Source of the DNA: Thermoleophilia bacterium
GTDB lineage: Bacteria; Actinomycetota; Thermoleophilia; Solirubrobacterales; 70-9
Assembly (NCBI GenBank): GCA_016649615.1
Contig: JAENXK010000015.1
Location: forward strand, 3,704-27,703
DNA length: 24,000 bases
Reading direction: 5' to 3'
This document shows positions 1-7,817 of this stretch, in pieces. The notes beneath the pieces were generated by a model that saw only the letters and a list, made by a program, of their open reading frames with translations, was not told where the DNA came from and made no database searches. Each line of letters opens with the position of its first letter. Within the stretch, counting starts at the first letter, position 1. Position numbers and translations under genes: made by a program.

Positions 1-1
1 G

Positions 2-1114
2 CTGTCGGGCGAGGTGCCCCGGATCGCGGTCGTCGCGGGCCGCTGCTTTGCCGGAAATGCGGTGATTGCCGGCTGCGCCGACCTGATCGTGGCCACCGAG
101 AACAGCTCGATCGGAATGGGCGGCCCGGCGATGATCGAGGGTGGCGGCCTGGGCTCGGTCCACCCGGACGAAGTCGGGCCGATCGGCATGCAGACCGCAA
201 ACGGCGTGGTCGACGTCAGGGTCGCGGATGAGGCAGAGGCGGTCGAAGTGACCCGAAAGCTGCTCGCCTTTTTCCAGGGCGACACTCCCCCGGGCGAGTT
301 CGCCGACCAGCGTGAGCTTCGCGAGGTGATCCCCGAGCGGCGCCGGCGGGCCTATGACGTGAACGAGGTGATCGGACTCCTGGCCGACCGCGATTCGGTG
401 GTAAGCCTGCGTCCCGGGTTCGCCCCGGAGATGGTCACCGCGTTTGCCCGGATCGAGGGCAGGGCGATCGGCGTGATCGCCAACGACCCGATGCACATGG
501 CCGGCGCGATCACCAGCGGCGGCGGCGACAAGGCGGCCCGGTTCATGCAGCTGTGTGACGCATTCGGCCTTCCGATCCTCTCGCTGGTCGACACCCCGGG
601 CATGATGGTCGGCCCGGAGGCCGAGGCCACCGGCCTGGTCCGCCACTGCTCCCGCCTGCTGGTGACCGGAGCCGGGATCAGAGTTCCGTTCGTCGCGGTG
701 ATCCTGCGCCGGGGCTACGGCCTGGGCGCTCAGGCGATGGTCGCGGGCAGCCTGCTCGAGCCGCTGCTCACGGTCGCCTGGCCGGGCGCCGAACTGGGGC
801 CGATGGGGCTGGAGGGCGCGATCCGGCTGGGCTTCCGCAAGGAGCTGGAGAGAATCGAGGACGAGAACGAGCGCGAAGCCCGGGTCCGCGAGCTGACCGA
901 ACTCGCCCTCGACAACGCGAAGGCCCTCAACGTCGCCGCCCATTTCGAGATCGATGACGTGATCGACCCGGCTGAGACCAGGGCCGCGGTCGCTTCGACC
1001 CTTGCGGCGGCCACTGCCAACGGGACCTACGCCCCGCCCGGTCTGGCCACGGCCCCGGGAGACGGACCGGAGAACCGGGGCCTGCGATCCCGTGGCTTCG
1101 TCGACACCTGGTAA
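2..1114 (+). CDS. Acyl-CoA (propionyl-CoA-type) carboxylase carboxyltransferase beta subunit, 5'-truncated by the window edge
   Basis: The frame is open from base 2 (LSGE-VPRIAVVAGRCFAGNAV...), so the start lies outside the window. Carboxyltransferase-like blocks are present: GPAMIEGGGLG, GVIANDPMHMAGAITSGGGDKAARFMQLCDAFGLPILSLVDTPG and RRGYGLGAQAM. Stop is TAA at 1112-1114. Confidence 0.85.
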   Translation: MSGEVPRIAVVAGRCFAGNAVIAGCADLIVATENSSIGMGGPAMIEGGGLGSVHPDEVGPIGMQTANGVVDVRVADEAEAVEVTRKLLAFFQGDTPPGEFADQRELREVIPERRRRAYDVNEVIGLLADRDSVVSLRPGFAPEMVTAFARIEGRAIGVIANDPMHMAGAITSGGGDKAARFMQLCDAFGLPILSLVDTPGMMVGPEAEATGLVRHCSRLLVTGAGIRVPFVAVILRRGYGLGAQAMVAGSLLEPLLTVAWPGAELGPMGLEGAIRLGFRKELERIEDENEREARVRELTELALDNAKALNVAAHFEIDDVIDPAETRAAVASTLAAATANGTYAPPGLATAPGDGPENRGLRSRGFVDTW

Positions 1115-1121
1115 GAGCCAC

Positions 1122-1150
1122 GGGCAGACCGGGCATGGGCAGACCGGGCA
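1122..1150. repeat. Two tandem copies of GGGCAGACCGGGCA (period 15) in the intergenic spacer
   Basis: Read directly: 1122-1135 and 1137-1150 are identical 14-mers separated by one T. Confidence 0.9.
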
Positions 1151-1260
1151 CGGCGGACCCGGCTTCCGCAACCTGCTCAGCCGGCCCGAAGATGTTCGAC
1201 CGGGCCTGAAGCCGGAGCAAGCACACACTGTGCCGACCCCGTGGCTGTAAGACTGTACCG

Positions 1261-2154
1261 GTGCCTACCCATCAGACGATTGAACTTCATGGCCATCCAG
1301 TCACCTACCGCATGTTCGGGGAGGGGCCGCCGATCCTTCTGATCCACGGGATTACCTCAAGCTCCAGGACCTGGAAGCGGGTGATGCCACGACTGGCCGA
1401 AAAGCACACAGTGATCGCACCCGACCTGCTCGGTCATGGCCGCTCGGCCAAGCCCCAGGGTGACTACTCGCTCGGCGCCTACGCCAGCGGCGCCCGCGAT
1501 CTCCTTATCGCACTCGACATCCCCCGGGTGACGGTGGTCGGCCACTCGCTCGGTGGCGGCATCGCCATGCAGTTCGCCTACCAGTTCCCGGAGCGGGTCG
1601 GCCGCATGGTCCTGGTTGATTCAGGAGGGCTCGGCAGGGAAGTCAACCCGATCCTCAGGGCGGCCACTTTGCCTCTGGCCGAATATGTGCTGCCGATCCT
1701 TTTTACCCCGGCCCTCCACGACGCCGCGCTGAAGGTGAGAGGCGCGCTCAGCCGCATAGGGCTGAGCGGCGGCGCCGACGTTGAAGGCGTGTCCGAGGGC
1801 TTCGCTTCGCTGACCGAGGGAGGAGGACGACGCGCATTTCTCAACACGGTCCGCTCGGTGATCGATCCGACCGGCCAGAAGGTCAGCGCCCGCGACCGAC
1901 TCTACCTGACCGAGGAAGTGCCGTCGATGATCGTCTGGGGTGAAAACGACCGGATCATCCCGGTCGACCACGCCGAACAGGCCCACGATCTGATGCCGCG
2001 AAACCGGCTCGAGATATTCCCCGGGGCAGGTCACTTCCCGTTCAACGAAGATCCCGACCGGTTCATCAAGGTGCTCGAGGACTTCATCGAGACGACGGAG
2101 GCCAGCGAGTTCAGCGAGACCCACGTGCGTGAGTTGATCCGGGCAGCTGCTTGA
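1261..2154 (+). CDS. Alpha/beta-fold hydrolase
   Basis: 297 aa with a GTG start. Motifs: PPILLIHG (oxyanion HG), GHSLGG nucleophile elbow, and a late Asp (ENDRIIP) and His (GAGHFPF) in the usual order for the fold. Confidence 0.85.
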   Translation: MPTHQTIELHGHPVTYRMFGEGPPILLIHGITSSSRTWKRVMPRLAEKHTVIAPDLLGHGRSAKPQGDYSLGAYASGARDLLIALDIPRVTVVGHSLGGGIAMQFAYQFPERVGRMVLVDSGGLGREVNPILRAATLPLAEYVLPILFTPALHDAALKVRGALSRIGLSGGADVEGVSEGFASLTEGGGRRAFLNTVRSVIDPTGQKVSARDRLYLTEEVPSMIVWGENDRIIPVDHAEQAHDLMPRNRLEIFPGAGHFPFNEDPDRFIKVLEDFIETTEASEFSETHVRELIRAAA

Positions 2155-2657
2155 CCGGGAACGGTCAGCCGGACTCGGCCGGCCAGTCTGACCCGGCTGC
2201 AATCGCCGCGATCGTGGTCGATGCCCTCGAGGAGTACCAGCGGCTCTCCAAAGATGTGTACGAGGCCACCCCGGACGACCCCGAAGCGGTGGTCAAGGGC
2301 CTGGTCCGGCTTCACCTCCGATGGACCGCTGAAAACAGGGAGACGGCGATCCTGATCGCCAGGCATCGCAACGAGGTTGCCGCCGGCCCGGAGGCCGCGC
2401 GCCTCGCGGAAAGCAATAAGGAGATGTTCAAGGCGACCAGGGCCTGGATCGGCGAACAGGCCACAGCCGGGAGGATTCCGGCAACCTCGTTCAACCTGTT
2501 GCACGCGATCGTCTTCGCCCCGACCCAGGAGATTGCCAAGCTCTGGCTGACCGGCCGCCTTAAATCAAGTCTCGACGATCAGGCAGAAGGCCTGGCCGAC
2601 GCAGCCTGGGCCGGGGTCAGGGCCCTGCCGGACAAACAGGGATCCGCAGGGAAGTGA
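2151..2657 (+). CDS. TetR-family C-terminal (ligand/dimerisation) domain-like protein lacking the N-terminal HTH
   Basis: TTG start overlaps the hydrolase stop (TTGA at 2151-2154). The 168-aa helical sequence (...VKGLVRLHLRWTAENRETAILIARH...LLHAIVFAPTQEIAKLWLTG...) resembles TetR C-terminal domains. I cannot find a helix-turn-helix segment, and there is no room for one upstream. Confidence 0.5.
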   Translation: MTGNGQPDSAGQSDPAAIAAIVVDALEEYQRLSKDVYEATPDDPEAVVKGLVRLHLRWTAENRETAILIARHRNEVAAGPEAARLAESNKEMFKATRAWIGEQATAGRIPATSFNLLHAIVFAPTQEIAKLWLTGRLKSSLDDQAEGLADAAWAGVRALPDKQGSAGK

Positions 2658-2963
2658 GATCACCCGTACCGGGGGGTGCGGGAGCGGTGGTATGACCGGC
2701 GCGGCCGGGAGCGGTCCCTAGGCCGCCCGGTGGCGCGCGGCGAGGCCATCGGGATATTCCGAGTACGGGAGTCCGGAGAAACTCGGCAGACCGGCCCAGG
2801 CGGCCTGCTCCATCCCGGGTCCGTGCACCCGCCGCCTGATCTCGATCCGGTCGGGGCACCTTGCCGCATCACATCGGGCCCGTACCGGCAATGGTAGCCA
2901 CATTCTTACCGAGAGCGGGACCGATCCGAGTCCACCGGGGATGACAGCCGTCCGGGCGAGGGC

Positions 2964-3746
2964 CTAGACCGGCATCAGCCCGGGGCGCTTGGCGACCCGC
3001 CCGTCGCCGGAAGAGCGGCCGGTCAGACGCCTGCCGACCCACGGCACGAGATACGCACCGGCCCAGCGGAGATCGCTGCCGGTGCGAAGAACCGCCCCGG
3101 GCGGCTGCCTCGGCGGCAGGTCGTCAAACAACTCGGTCTCGTCGGCATCCGGGTCCAGCAGCGCGGCCATCCCGATAGCCATACGAAGGTGCCCGCCGGA
3201 ATTCAGGTGAAGCCGGTCGTCGCACCAGAGCCGGGGATCTGTGGCGGCGGCAATCGGTTCGATGTCGAGCAGCAGGCTGCCGTGCCGGGCGGCGATATCG
3301 CGCAGCCCCTGATTGAACGAAGTCATCGTGCCGCTGACCAGCCGGCCGATCGGGGTCATCCTGGTGGGATCCGGGAAGGTGATCGTCAACACGGTCGCCC
3401 CGCTCGATGCAAGCCCCTCCTGCATCCCGTCCATGCGCTGAAGGACCGCGTCAACGTCGCAACCGGGCCGGATAACGTCGTTGAGCCCGGCGATCAGGCT
3501 GACCAGGTCGGGTTCCATCGCCAAGGCCGGCTCGGACTGTTCGTCCTCAATCTCGGCGATGCGGCGGCCGCGCACCGCCAGGTTGGCGTAAAGCAGGTCT
3601 CCGCCGGACTGGTGCCTGGCCAGTCCCTCCGCGAAGCGGTCGGCCCAGCCGCGCTCGACGCCTCCCGGGCCGGTGGGGTCGCCGACCCCCTCGGTCTGGC
3701 TGTCCCCCATCGCCACGAATCGTCTGAAAACCGGCTGCTCTGCCAC
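2964..3746 (-). CDS. SGNH/GDSL-family hydrolase (lipase/esterase)
   Basis: Block I is FVAMGDSQTEGVGD, followed by GLND-type (IAGLNDV) and C-terminal D..H (DDRLHLN) blocks. The ORF track opens at 3884, but I prefer the GTG at 3746, just upstream of the GDS block. That choice leaves a 64-bp divergent spacer. The ATG at 3830 is an alternative. Confidence 0.75.
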   Translation of the reverse strand: MAEQPVFRRFVAMGDSQTEGVGDPTGPGGVERGWADRFAEGLARHQSGGDLLYANLAVRGRRIAEIEDEQSEPALAMEPDLVSLIAGLNDVIRPGCDVDAVLQRMDGMQEGLASSGATVLTITFPDPTRMTPIGRLVSGTMTSFNQGLRDIAARHGSLLLDIEPIAAATDPRLWCDDRLHLNSGGHLRMAIGMAALLDPDADETELFDDLPPRQPPGAVLRTGSDLRWAGAYLVPWVGRRLTGRSSGDGRVAKRPGLMPV

Positions 3747-3810
3747 CCGGGGACTGTATCGCCATGATAAGGGCGCCGGACCGGCGCAACGGGCATACCG
3801 CGCCAATAGA

Positions 3811-4743
3811 GTGGCTCGGGTGCCAGCCATCGAGACCACCCGACTGTCCAAGTGGTACGGCGTCCACCGCGGTATCGAAGACATCTCGCTTTCGGTCGAA
3901 AGCGGTGAGGTTTACGGCTTTCTCGGCCCCAACGGCGCCGGCAAGACGACCCTGATCCGGACCCTGCTCGACTTCCTTCACCCGACCGCCGGCAGCGCCA
4001 CCGTGCTGGGGCTCGACAGCCACCGCGACCGGATCGAGATCAGGCGGCGGATCGGCAACCTGGCCGGCGACTTTTCGTACGACCCGAAGCGAACAGGCCG
4101 CGAACTGCTCTCCCTGATCGCCAGGCTGCGGGGAGTCACGGACATGGCGTACGCGGAGACCCTGGCCGAGCGGTTCAATGCCGACCTGGACCGGCCCCTG
4201 GGACAGCTCTCCCGTGGCAACCGCCAGAAGATCGGGCTGCTCCAGGCGCTCTTTCACAAGCCCGACCTGCTGATCCTCGACGAGCCGACCGGCGGGCTCG
4301 ATCCCCTGATGCAGGAAGAATTCATGGTTGTCGTATCCGAACGGCGGGAGCGGGGCTGCACGGTCTTCATCTCCTCGCACGAACTCGATGAAGTGCAGCG
4401 AATGTGTGACCGGGCCGGAATCATCCGAGACGGCCGCCTGATCGCAGTCGAAGACATCGGTGAGCTGATGAAAAAGAGTGACCGCAGGGTGTCATTCAAG
4501 CTCGCGGACCCGGTGATCGATCCCGGCGAGTTCCGCGAACTCGAGGGCGTCGAAGACTTCACGGCCGACGGCCCCGAAGTCAGCTTCACTCACAGGGGGC
4601 GGATCGATCCCGTGATCAAGCGCCTGGCCCGCCACACGGTCCTGGAACTCGACCTCACCCACCCCAGTATCGAAGAGCTCTTCCTGGCCTATTACGTCGA
4701 CGACCCCGCCGGATCGGACGGCGACGGGGAAGTGCCCCGATGA
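3811..4743 (+). CDS. ABC transporter ATP-binding protein (ABC-2 exporter type)
   Basis: Walker A GPNGAGKTT, signature-like LSRGNRQK, Walker B LLILDEPT, H-loop SSHEL. The ORF track start (3673) would overlap the divergent hydrolase. GTG at 3811 or 3820 sits just before IETTRLSKWYG. A TAGAGT -10-like hexamer at 3806-3811 would fit a leaderless start at 3820. Confidence 0.85.
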   Translation: MARVPAIETTRLSKWYGVHRGIEDISLSVESGEVYGFLGPNGAGKTTLIRTLLDFLHPTAGSATVLGLDSHRDRIEIRRRIGNLAGDFSYDPKRTGRELLSLIARLRGVTDMAYAETLAERFNADLDRPLGQLSRGNRQKIGLLQALFHKPDLLILDEPTGGLDPLMQEEFMVVVSERRERGCTVFISSHELDEVQRMCDRAGIIRDGRLIAVEDIGELMKKSDRRVSFKLADPVIDPGEFRELEGVEDFTADGPEVSFTHRGRIDPVIKRLARHTVLELDLTHPSIEELFLAYYVDDPAGSDGDGEVPR

Positions 4744-5537
4744 CCCACGGCCCGAGAGTGCCGGTGCTGGTCCTTCAGGGCCTGGCCGACCGGAAGCGAT
4801 CGCTGCTCGTCTGGATTCTCTCGATCGGACTGCTCTGCGCCGCCATAGTGGCGACCTATCCTTCGATCGAAGGCACGCTGACGGATGTGATGGACAGTTA
4901 CCCGGACGCACTCAAGGAGGCGTTCGCGATCGAGTCACTGGACACTCCCGGCCAGTACCTCCACGCCGAGCTGCTGAGCCTGATCCTGCCTCTCGCGCTT
5001 TCCTGGTTTGCGATCCGCGCGATCGCCCGCGACCTCTCCGGATCCGCCGAGAAGTCCTACCTCGACGTGCTGCTTTCGGCGCCTGTATCGCGGCGGCAGG
5101 TTGTCGCTGCGAGCTTCATCAGTACGGCGATCGAGCTGACCGCGATCATGCTGGCCGCGGCTGCGATCACCAGGATCATGGCGATCGCCCTGGGGGTTGG
5201 TCTCTCGCTCGGGGACTCGGCTGCGGGAATGATCAACATGCTGCCCCTGGCGCTTTTTTTCGCCGGGATCGCGATCCTCGTCACCGGCTTCCGGGTCCAG
5301 TCCGCGATCGTCACGGGGCTGACCGCGGGCCTGCTGGTGCTGATGTACGTCGTCGACGTGATCGGCAGGCTCGCCCCCGATCTTGACCCGCTGCGCTACG
5401 CATCGGTCTTCCGGTACTACGGGATGGCGATCGAGGACGGCATCGACCCCGTCGCCTTCCTCGGGGTCACCGGCGTGGCGGTGCTGCTGTCAGCGATCGG
5501 GGCCCTGCTATTCGATCGCCGCGACCTTCCCGGCTGA
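4740..5537 (+). CDS. ABC-2 type transporter permease
   Basis: ATGA overlap with the ATPase gene. The 265-aa protein is hydrophobic with about six predicted helices, typical of a partner for a single-NBD ABC-2 exporter. Confidence 0.7.
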   Translation: MTHGPRVPVLVLQGLADRKRSLLVWILSIGLLCAAIVATYPSIEGTLTDVMDSYPDALKEAFAIESLDTPGQYLHAELLSLILPLALSWFAIRAIARDLSGSAEKSYLDVLLSAPVSRRQVVAASFISTAIELTAIMLAAAAITRIMAIALGVGLSLGDSAAGMINMLPLALFFAGIAILVTGFRVQSAIVTGLTAGLLVLMYVVDVIGRLAPDLDPLRYASVFRYYGMAIEDGIDPVAFLGVTGVAVLLSAIGALLFDRRDLPG

Positions 5538-5541
5538 GTGG

Positions 5542-5558
5542 TCCGCGGTCGCCGCGGA
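5542..5558. terminator. Short GC hairpin between convergent genes (possible bidirectional terminator)
   Basis: TCCGCGG-TCG-CCGCGGA is a perfect 7-bp stem with a 3-nt loop. It lies in the 28-nt gap between the stops at 5537 (+) and 5566 (-). There is no clear U-tract. Confidence 0.35.
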
Positions 5559-5565
5559 GCAGGGA

Positions 5566-5979
5566 TCACCCGCCGGATCCGGAGACGACCAGCTTGCCGG
5601 TCGGCTCGCGGTCACCGGGATTGCCACAGACGATGTCGTACGTGCCCGGATCGAGGTCGACCGTTACTTCGGAGCTGAGTCCGGGGACCAGGTTCTCGCG
5701 CTCGGCCAGCACGCTGTCCCCGTCCAGAATCTCGAACTCGTTATTGACCTCGCTGTCCTTGTTGTCAATGGCGAAGGTGGTCGAGCCCGATACCGTCTTG
5801 AGATCGGTCGGCGAACAGCCGCTGTCGGTAATCGTCACGGCAACACTCTCGGCCGCTGGGTCACTGTCGGAGTCGTCGGACCCACAGGCCGCCAGCACGA
5901 ACCCGGAGATGATCAGCGCCAGGGAAATCAGCAGGATCCGGGGCGGACCGGCCGGATCATTCAGATGGGAGAGGATCAT
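5566..5979 (-). CDS. Cupredoxin-like (EfeO N-terminal 'Cup' domain type) lipoprotein
   Basis: AAGGAG lies 6-7 nt upstream of the ATG. Signal peptide with lipobox LAAC-G. The core EFEILDGDSVLAERENLVPG...PGTYDIVCGNPG...GKLVV closely resembles my recollection of the E. coli EfeO cupredoxin domain (EWEIL...EERENIAPG...PGEYDMTCG...GKLIV). There is no M75 peptidase-like domain. Confidence 0.75.
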   Translation of the reverse strand: MILSHLNDPAGPPRILLISLALIISGFVLAACGSDDSDSDPAAESVAVTITDSGCSPTDLKTVSGSTTFAIDNKDSEVNNEFEILDGDSVLAERENLVPGLSSEVTVDLDPGTYDIVCGNPGDREPTGKLVVSGSGG

Positions 5980-6020
5980 TCAGTGCTCCTTTGATTTGCG
6001 GGTCGGCCTGACGGAATAGC

Positions 6021-6914
6021 TCAGGCGTCGGCGGCGCCATGGGAGGGTGCGGCTCCGGGGGCGGGCCCGGCACCGTGGGCGGCGTCCCGCCGCCCGGCGA
6101 GCCTGGTCAGGCGCCAGTCTTCGGGCCAGAGCACATATGCCAGCATCGGCACCAGGTAGAGCAGGTAGACGAAAGTCTGAGCCTGAGTCATGCTTCGCTG
6201 CAGGCCGAGCATGCCGGTCAGAAGGGCCGAGGTCCAGGTGCCGGGCACGACCAGCCAGGAAAGGTCGACCGACTGTTCCTGGAAGCTGGTCACCAGGCCG
6301 GCCTCCCAGGCACTGTGTGCCACGTTCGCCAGCAGCCCCGCAGCGAGGAATACGAGGACAACCGAGGTCAGTCTGAAAAAGCGGGCCAGATTGAGGCGGA
6401 TGCCGCCGCGGTAGATCCCGTAACCGATCGCGACGGCAGCGATGATGCCGAGCAGAGCTCCGACTCCGGCGACGAACGGGTCACTGGCTCCCTGGAAGAC
6501 CGCCAGAAGAAAGACCGAGGTCTCGATGCCCTCGCGCAACACGGCAAAGAAGGCCATTGCGACCAGGGCCCAGGCGGAACCCGCGGCCAGGGCCGAACTT
6601 GCGCTGCCTTCGAGCGAAGTCTTCATCTCGCGCGCGTGGCGGCACATCCAAAAGATCATGAAGGTGACGATGCCGACTGCACCGATCCCGATCGCGGCCT
6701 CCAGCATCTCCTGTTGACGCTGGGGCAACTCCTGGCTGAGTGCCTGCAGGCCGAGCCCGACAGCCAGGCAGATCATCACCGCCAGACCGACCCCGGCCCA
6801 GACGTACCGCATGGTCTCCCGCCTTCCCTCCTGCATCAGGAACGCCGCGACGATGCCGACGATCAGCGAAGCCTCGACGCCTTCGCGAAGACCGATAATG
6901 AAAGTTGGCAACAA
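6021..6914 (-). CDS. efeU: FTR1/EfeU-family high-affinity iron permease
   Basis: Two REXXE motifs (LREGVEASL and LREGIETSV) in a 7-TM-like hydrophobic protein. TTG start with AAGGAG 6 nt upstream (+ strand ctcctt at 6921-6926). Confidence 0.9.
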   Translation of the reverse strand: MLPTFIIGLREGVEASLIVGIVAAFLMQEGRRETMRYVWAGVGLAVMICLAVGLGLQALSQELPQRQQEMLEAAIGIGAVGIVTFMIFWMCRHAREMKTSLEGSASSALAAGSAWALVAMAFFAVLREGIETSVFLLAVFQGASDPFVAGVGALLGIIAAVAIGYGIYRGGIRLNLARFFRLTSVVLVFLAAGLLANVAHSAWEAGLVTSFQEQSVDLSWLVVPGTWTSALLTGMLGLQRSMTQAQTFVYLLYLVPMLAYVLWPEDWRLTRLAGRRDAAHGAGPAPGAAPSHGAADA

Positions 6915-6970
6915 CGAAAACTCCTTGATCGAATCCGGACACGCGACCGGCCTGGGACATCTCCGAGAGA

Positions 6971-6999
6971 TTTATACAGGATTACTTCGGCTCACCTAA
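6971..6999 (-). promoter_or_regulatory. Candidate promoter (TG-TATAAA) with an overlapping DtxR/IdeR-like iron box upstream of the FTR1 operon
   Basis: The minus strand reads TTAGGTGAGCCGAAGTAAT-CC-TG-TATAAA. The 19-mer (6981-6999) matches the DtxR consensus TTAGGTTAGCCTAACCTAA at 13/19 by hand count (left half 9/10, right half weak). It lies in the only AT-richer patch of the 180-nt spacer. Confidence 0.3.
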
Positions 7000-7094
7000 T
7001 ACTGGCGACGCAACGGCGACTGCCTCAAACGGCGGCCGGCTGCTTCTCCCGGGCCGGATATTCGATCAGATCGGCGGGGCCGACCCTGCCGGTG

Positions 7095-7742
7095 TCACTC
7101 TACCTCGACCAGACATCCCGCTTCAAAGGGATCTTTCGGCTCGAACCGGACCAGCTCGGAATCGGGATCCAGCCTGTCGAGCAGACCGGCAGTGATACCG
7201 CGGTGGAGGCCGCAGACCAGGTCCTGGTTGCGGGCGGCCGCCTCGCGGTATGGGCAGTTGCCCAGCGAACAGCTGAATCCCCCGCCCTCATCCTGCTCGA
7301 GTTCCGGCCGGAAGCCGAGCGCGGCCATCACCTCGCGAAAGGCGGCGGCCGAATCCTCCTTTTTCGGCGGGGCCAGTTCCTGACCGATCTTGCGTCCCAT
7401 CTGCTCGACTTGGCCCAGGTTCTCTGAGCCGGCCGGGAAGACCCTGATCAGCCAGTCGGCGAGATCGGCGTAAGCGGTGGGACGATCGCCGCCCGGATTG
7501 GCACCCGCGGCGACCGACCAGCGGTCACCGGGGCGGCCCGTTCCTCCCCGCTGCTTGCGGCGGTCGATCAGGCCGGCTTCACTCAGTTGTTCGAGGTGCC
7601 GACGGACGCCGTTGGGGTGAAGTCCGAACTCTGTCGCAATCTCTTCGGTCCCGGTGGGCTCCCTGCGCTCCGCCAGCAACGCGAAAATCCGGGCCCTGGT
7701 CGGCTGCTTCAGTACGTCGGGTTCTGAATCGGGCAGGTCCAC
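7095..7742 (-). CDS. ArsR/SufR-like (COG2345-type) winged-helix transcriptional regulator with a Cys-rich C-terminal sensor domain
   Basis: GTG start. N-terminal wHTH (TRARIFALLAERREPTGTEEIATEFGLHPNGVRRHLEQLSEAGLI). C-terminal C-x4-C-x13-C...C pattern (FSCSLGNCPYREAAARNQDLVCGLH...EAGC). Confidence 0.7.
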   Translation of the reverse strand: MDLPDSEPDVLKQPTRARIFALLAERREPTGTEEIATEFGLHPNGVRRHLEQLSEAGLIDRRKQRGGTGRPGDRWSVAAGANPGGDRPTAYADLADWLIRVFPAGSENLGQVEQMGRKIGQELAPPKKEDSAAAFREVMAALGFRPELEQDEGGGFSCSLGNCPYREAAARNQDLVCGLHRGITAGLLDRLDPDSELVRFEPKDPFEAGCLVEVE

Positions 7743-7749
7743 GGCACAA

Positions 7750-7775
7750 GTTTCGCACAGGCGGATTGTGGAAAC
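7750..7775. promoter_or_regulatory. Imperfect inverted repeat just upstream of the regulator gene (possible auto-operator)
   Basis: GTTTCGCACA-N7-TGTGGAAAC. The arms are complementary except for one extra G in the left arm. The repeat lies 7 nt from the GTG start at 7742. Confidence 0.3.
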
Positions 7776-7817
7776 CAGATCCGGTCTGACGGTGAGTGCT
7801 CGCCGGCCGCTTCCGCC

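Noticed and set aside
1002-1250. 82-aa + ORF encoding GQTGHGQTGHG across the tandem repeat
   Set aside because: It overlaps the carboxyltransferase 3' end in another frame. It is low-complexity and its repeat reflects the DNA tandem duplication. There is no start context.
2915-2940. tRNA T-arm-like GGAC-CGATCCGA-GTCC element
   Set aside because: The loop is 8 nt without the TTCRA signature, and no acceptor, D or anticodon arms can be built around it.
6039-7427. 462-aa + strand ORF opposite the FTR1 and regulator genes
   Set aside because: It overlaps two well-supported minus-strand genes (REXXE permease, wHTH regulator). Its composition is low-complexity (G/P/R/D/Q-rich) with no motifs. It is a shadow ORF.
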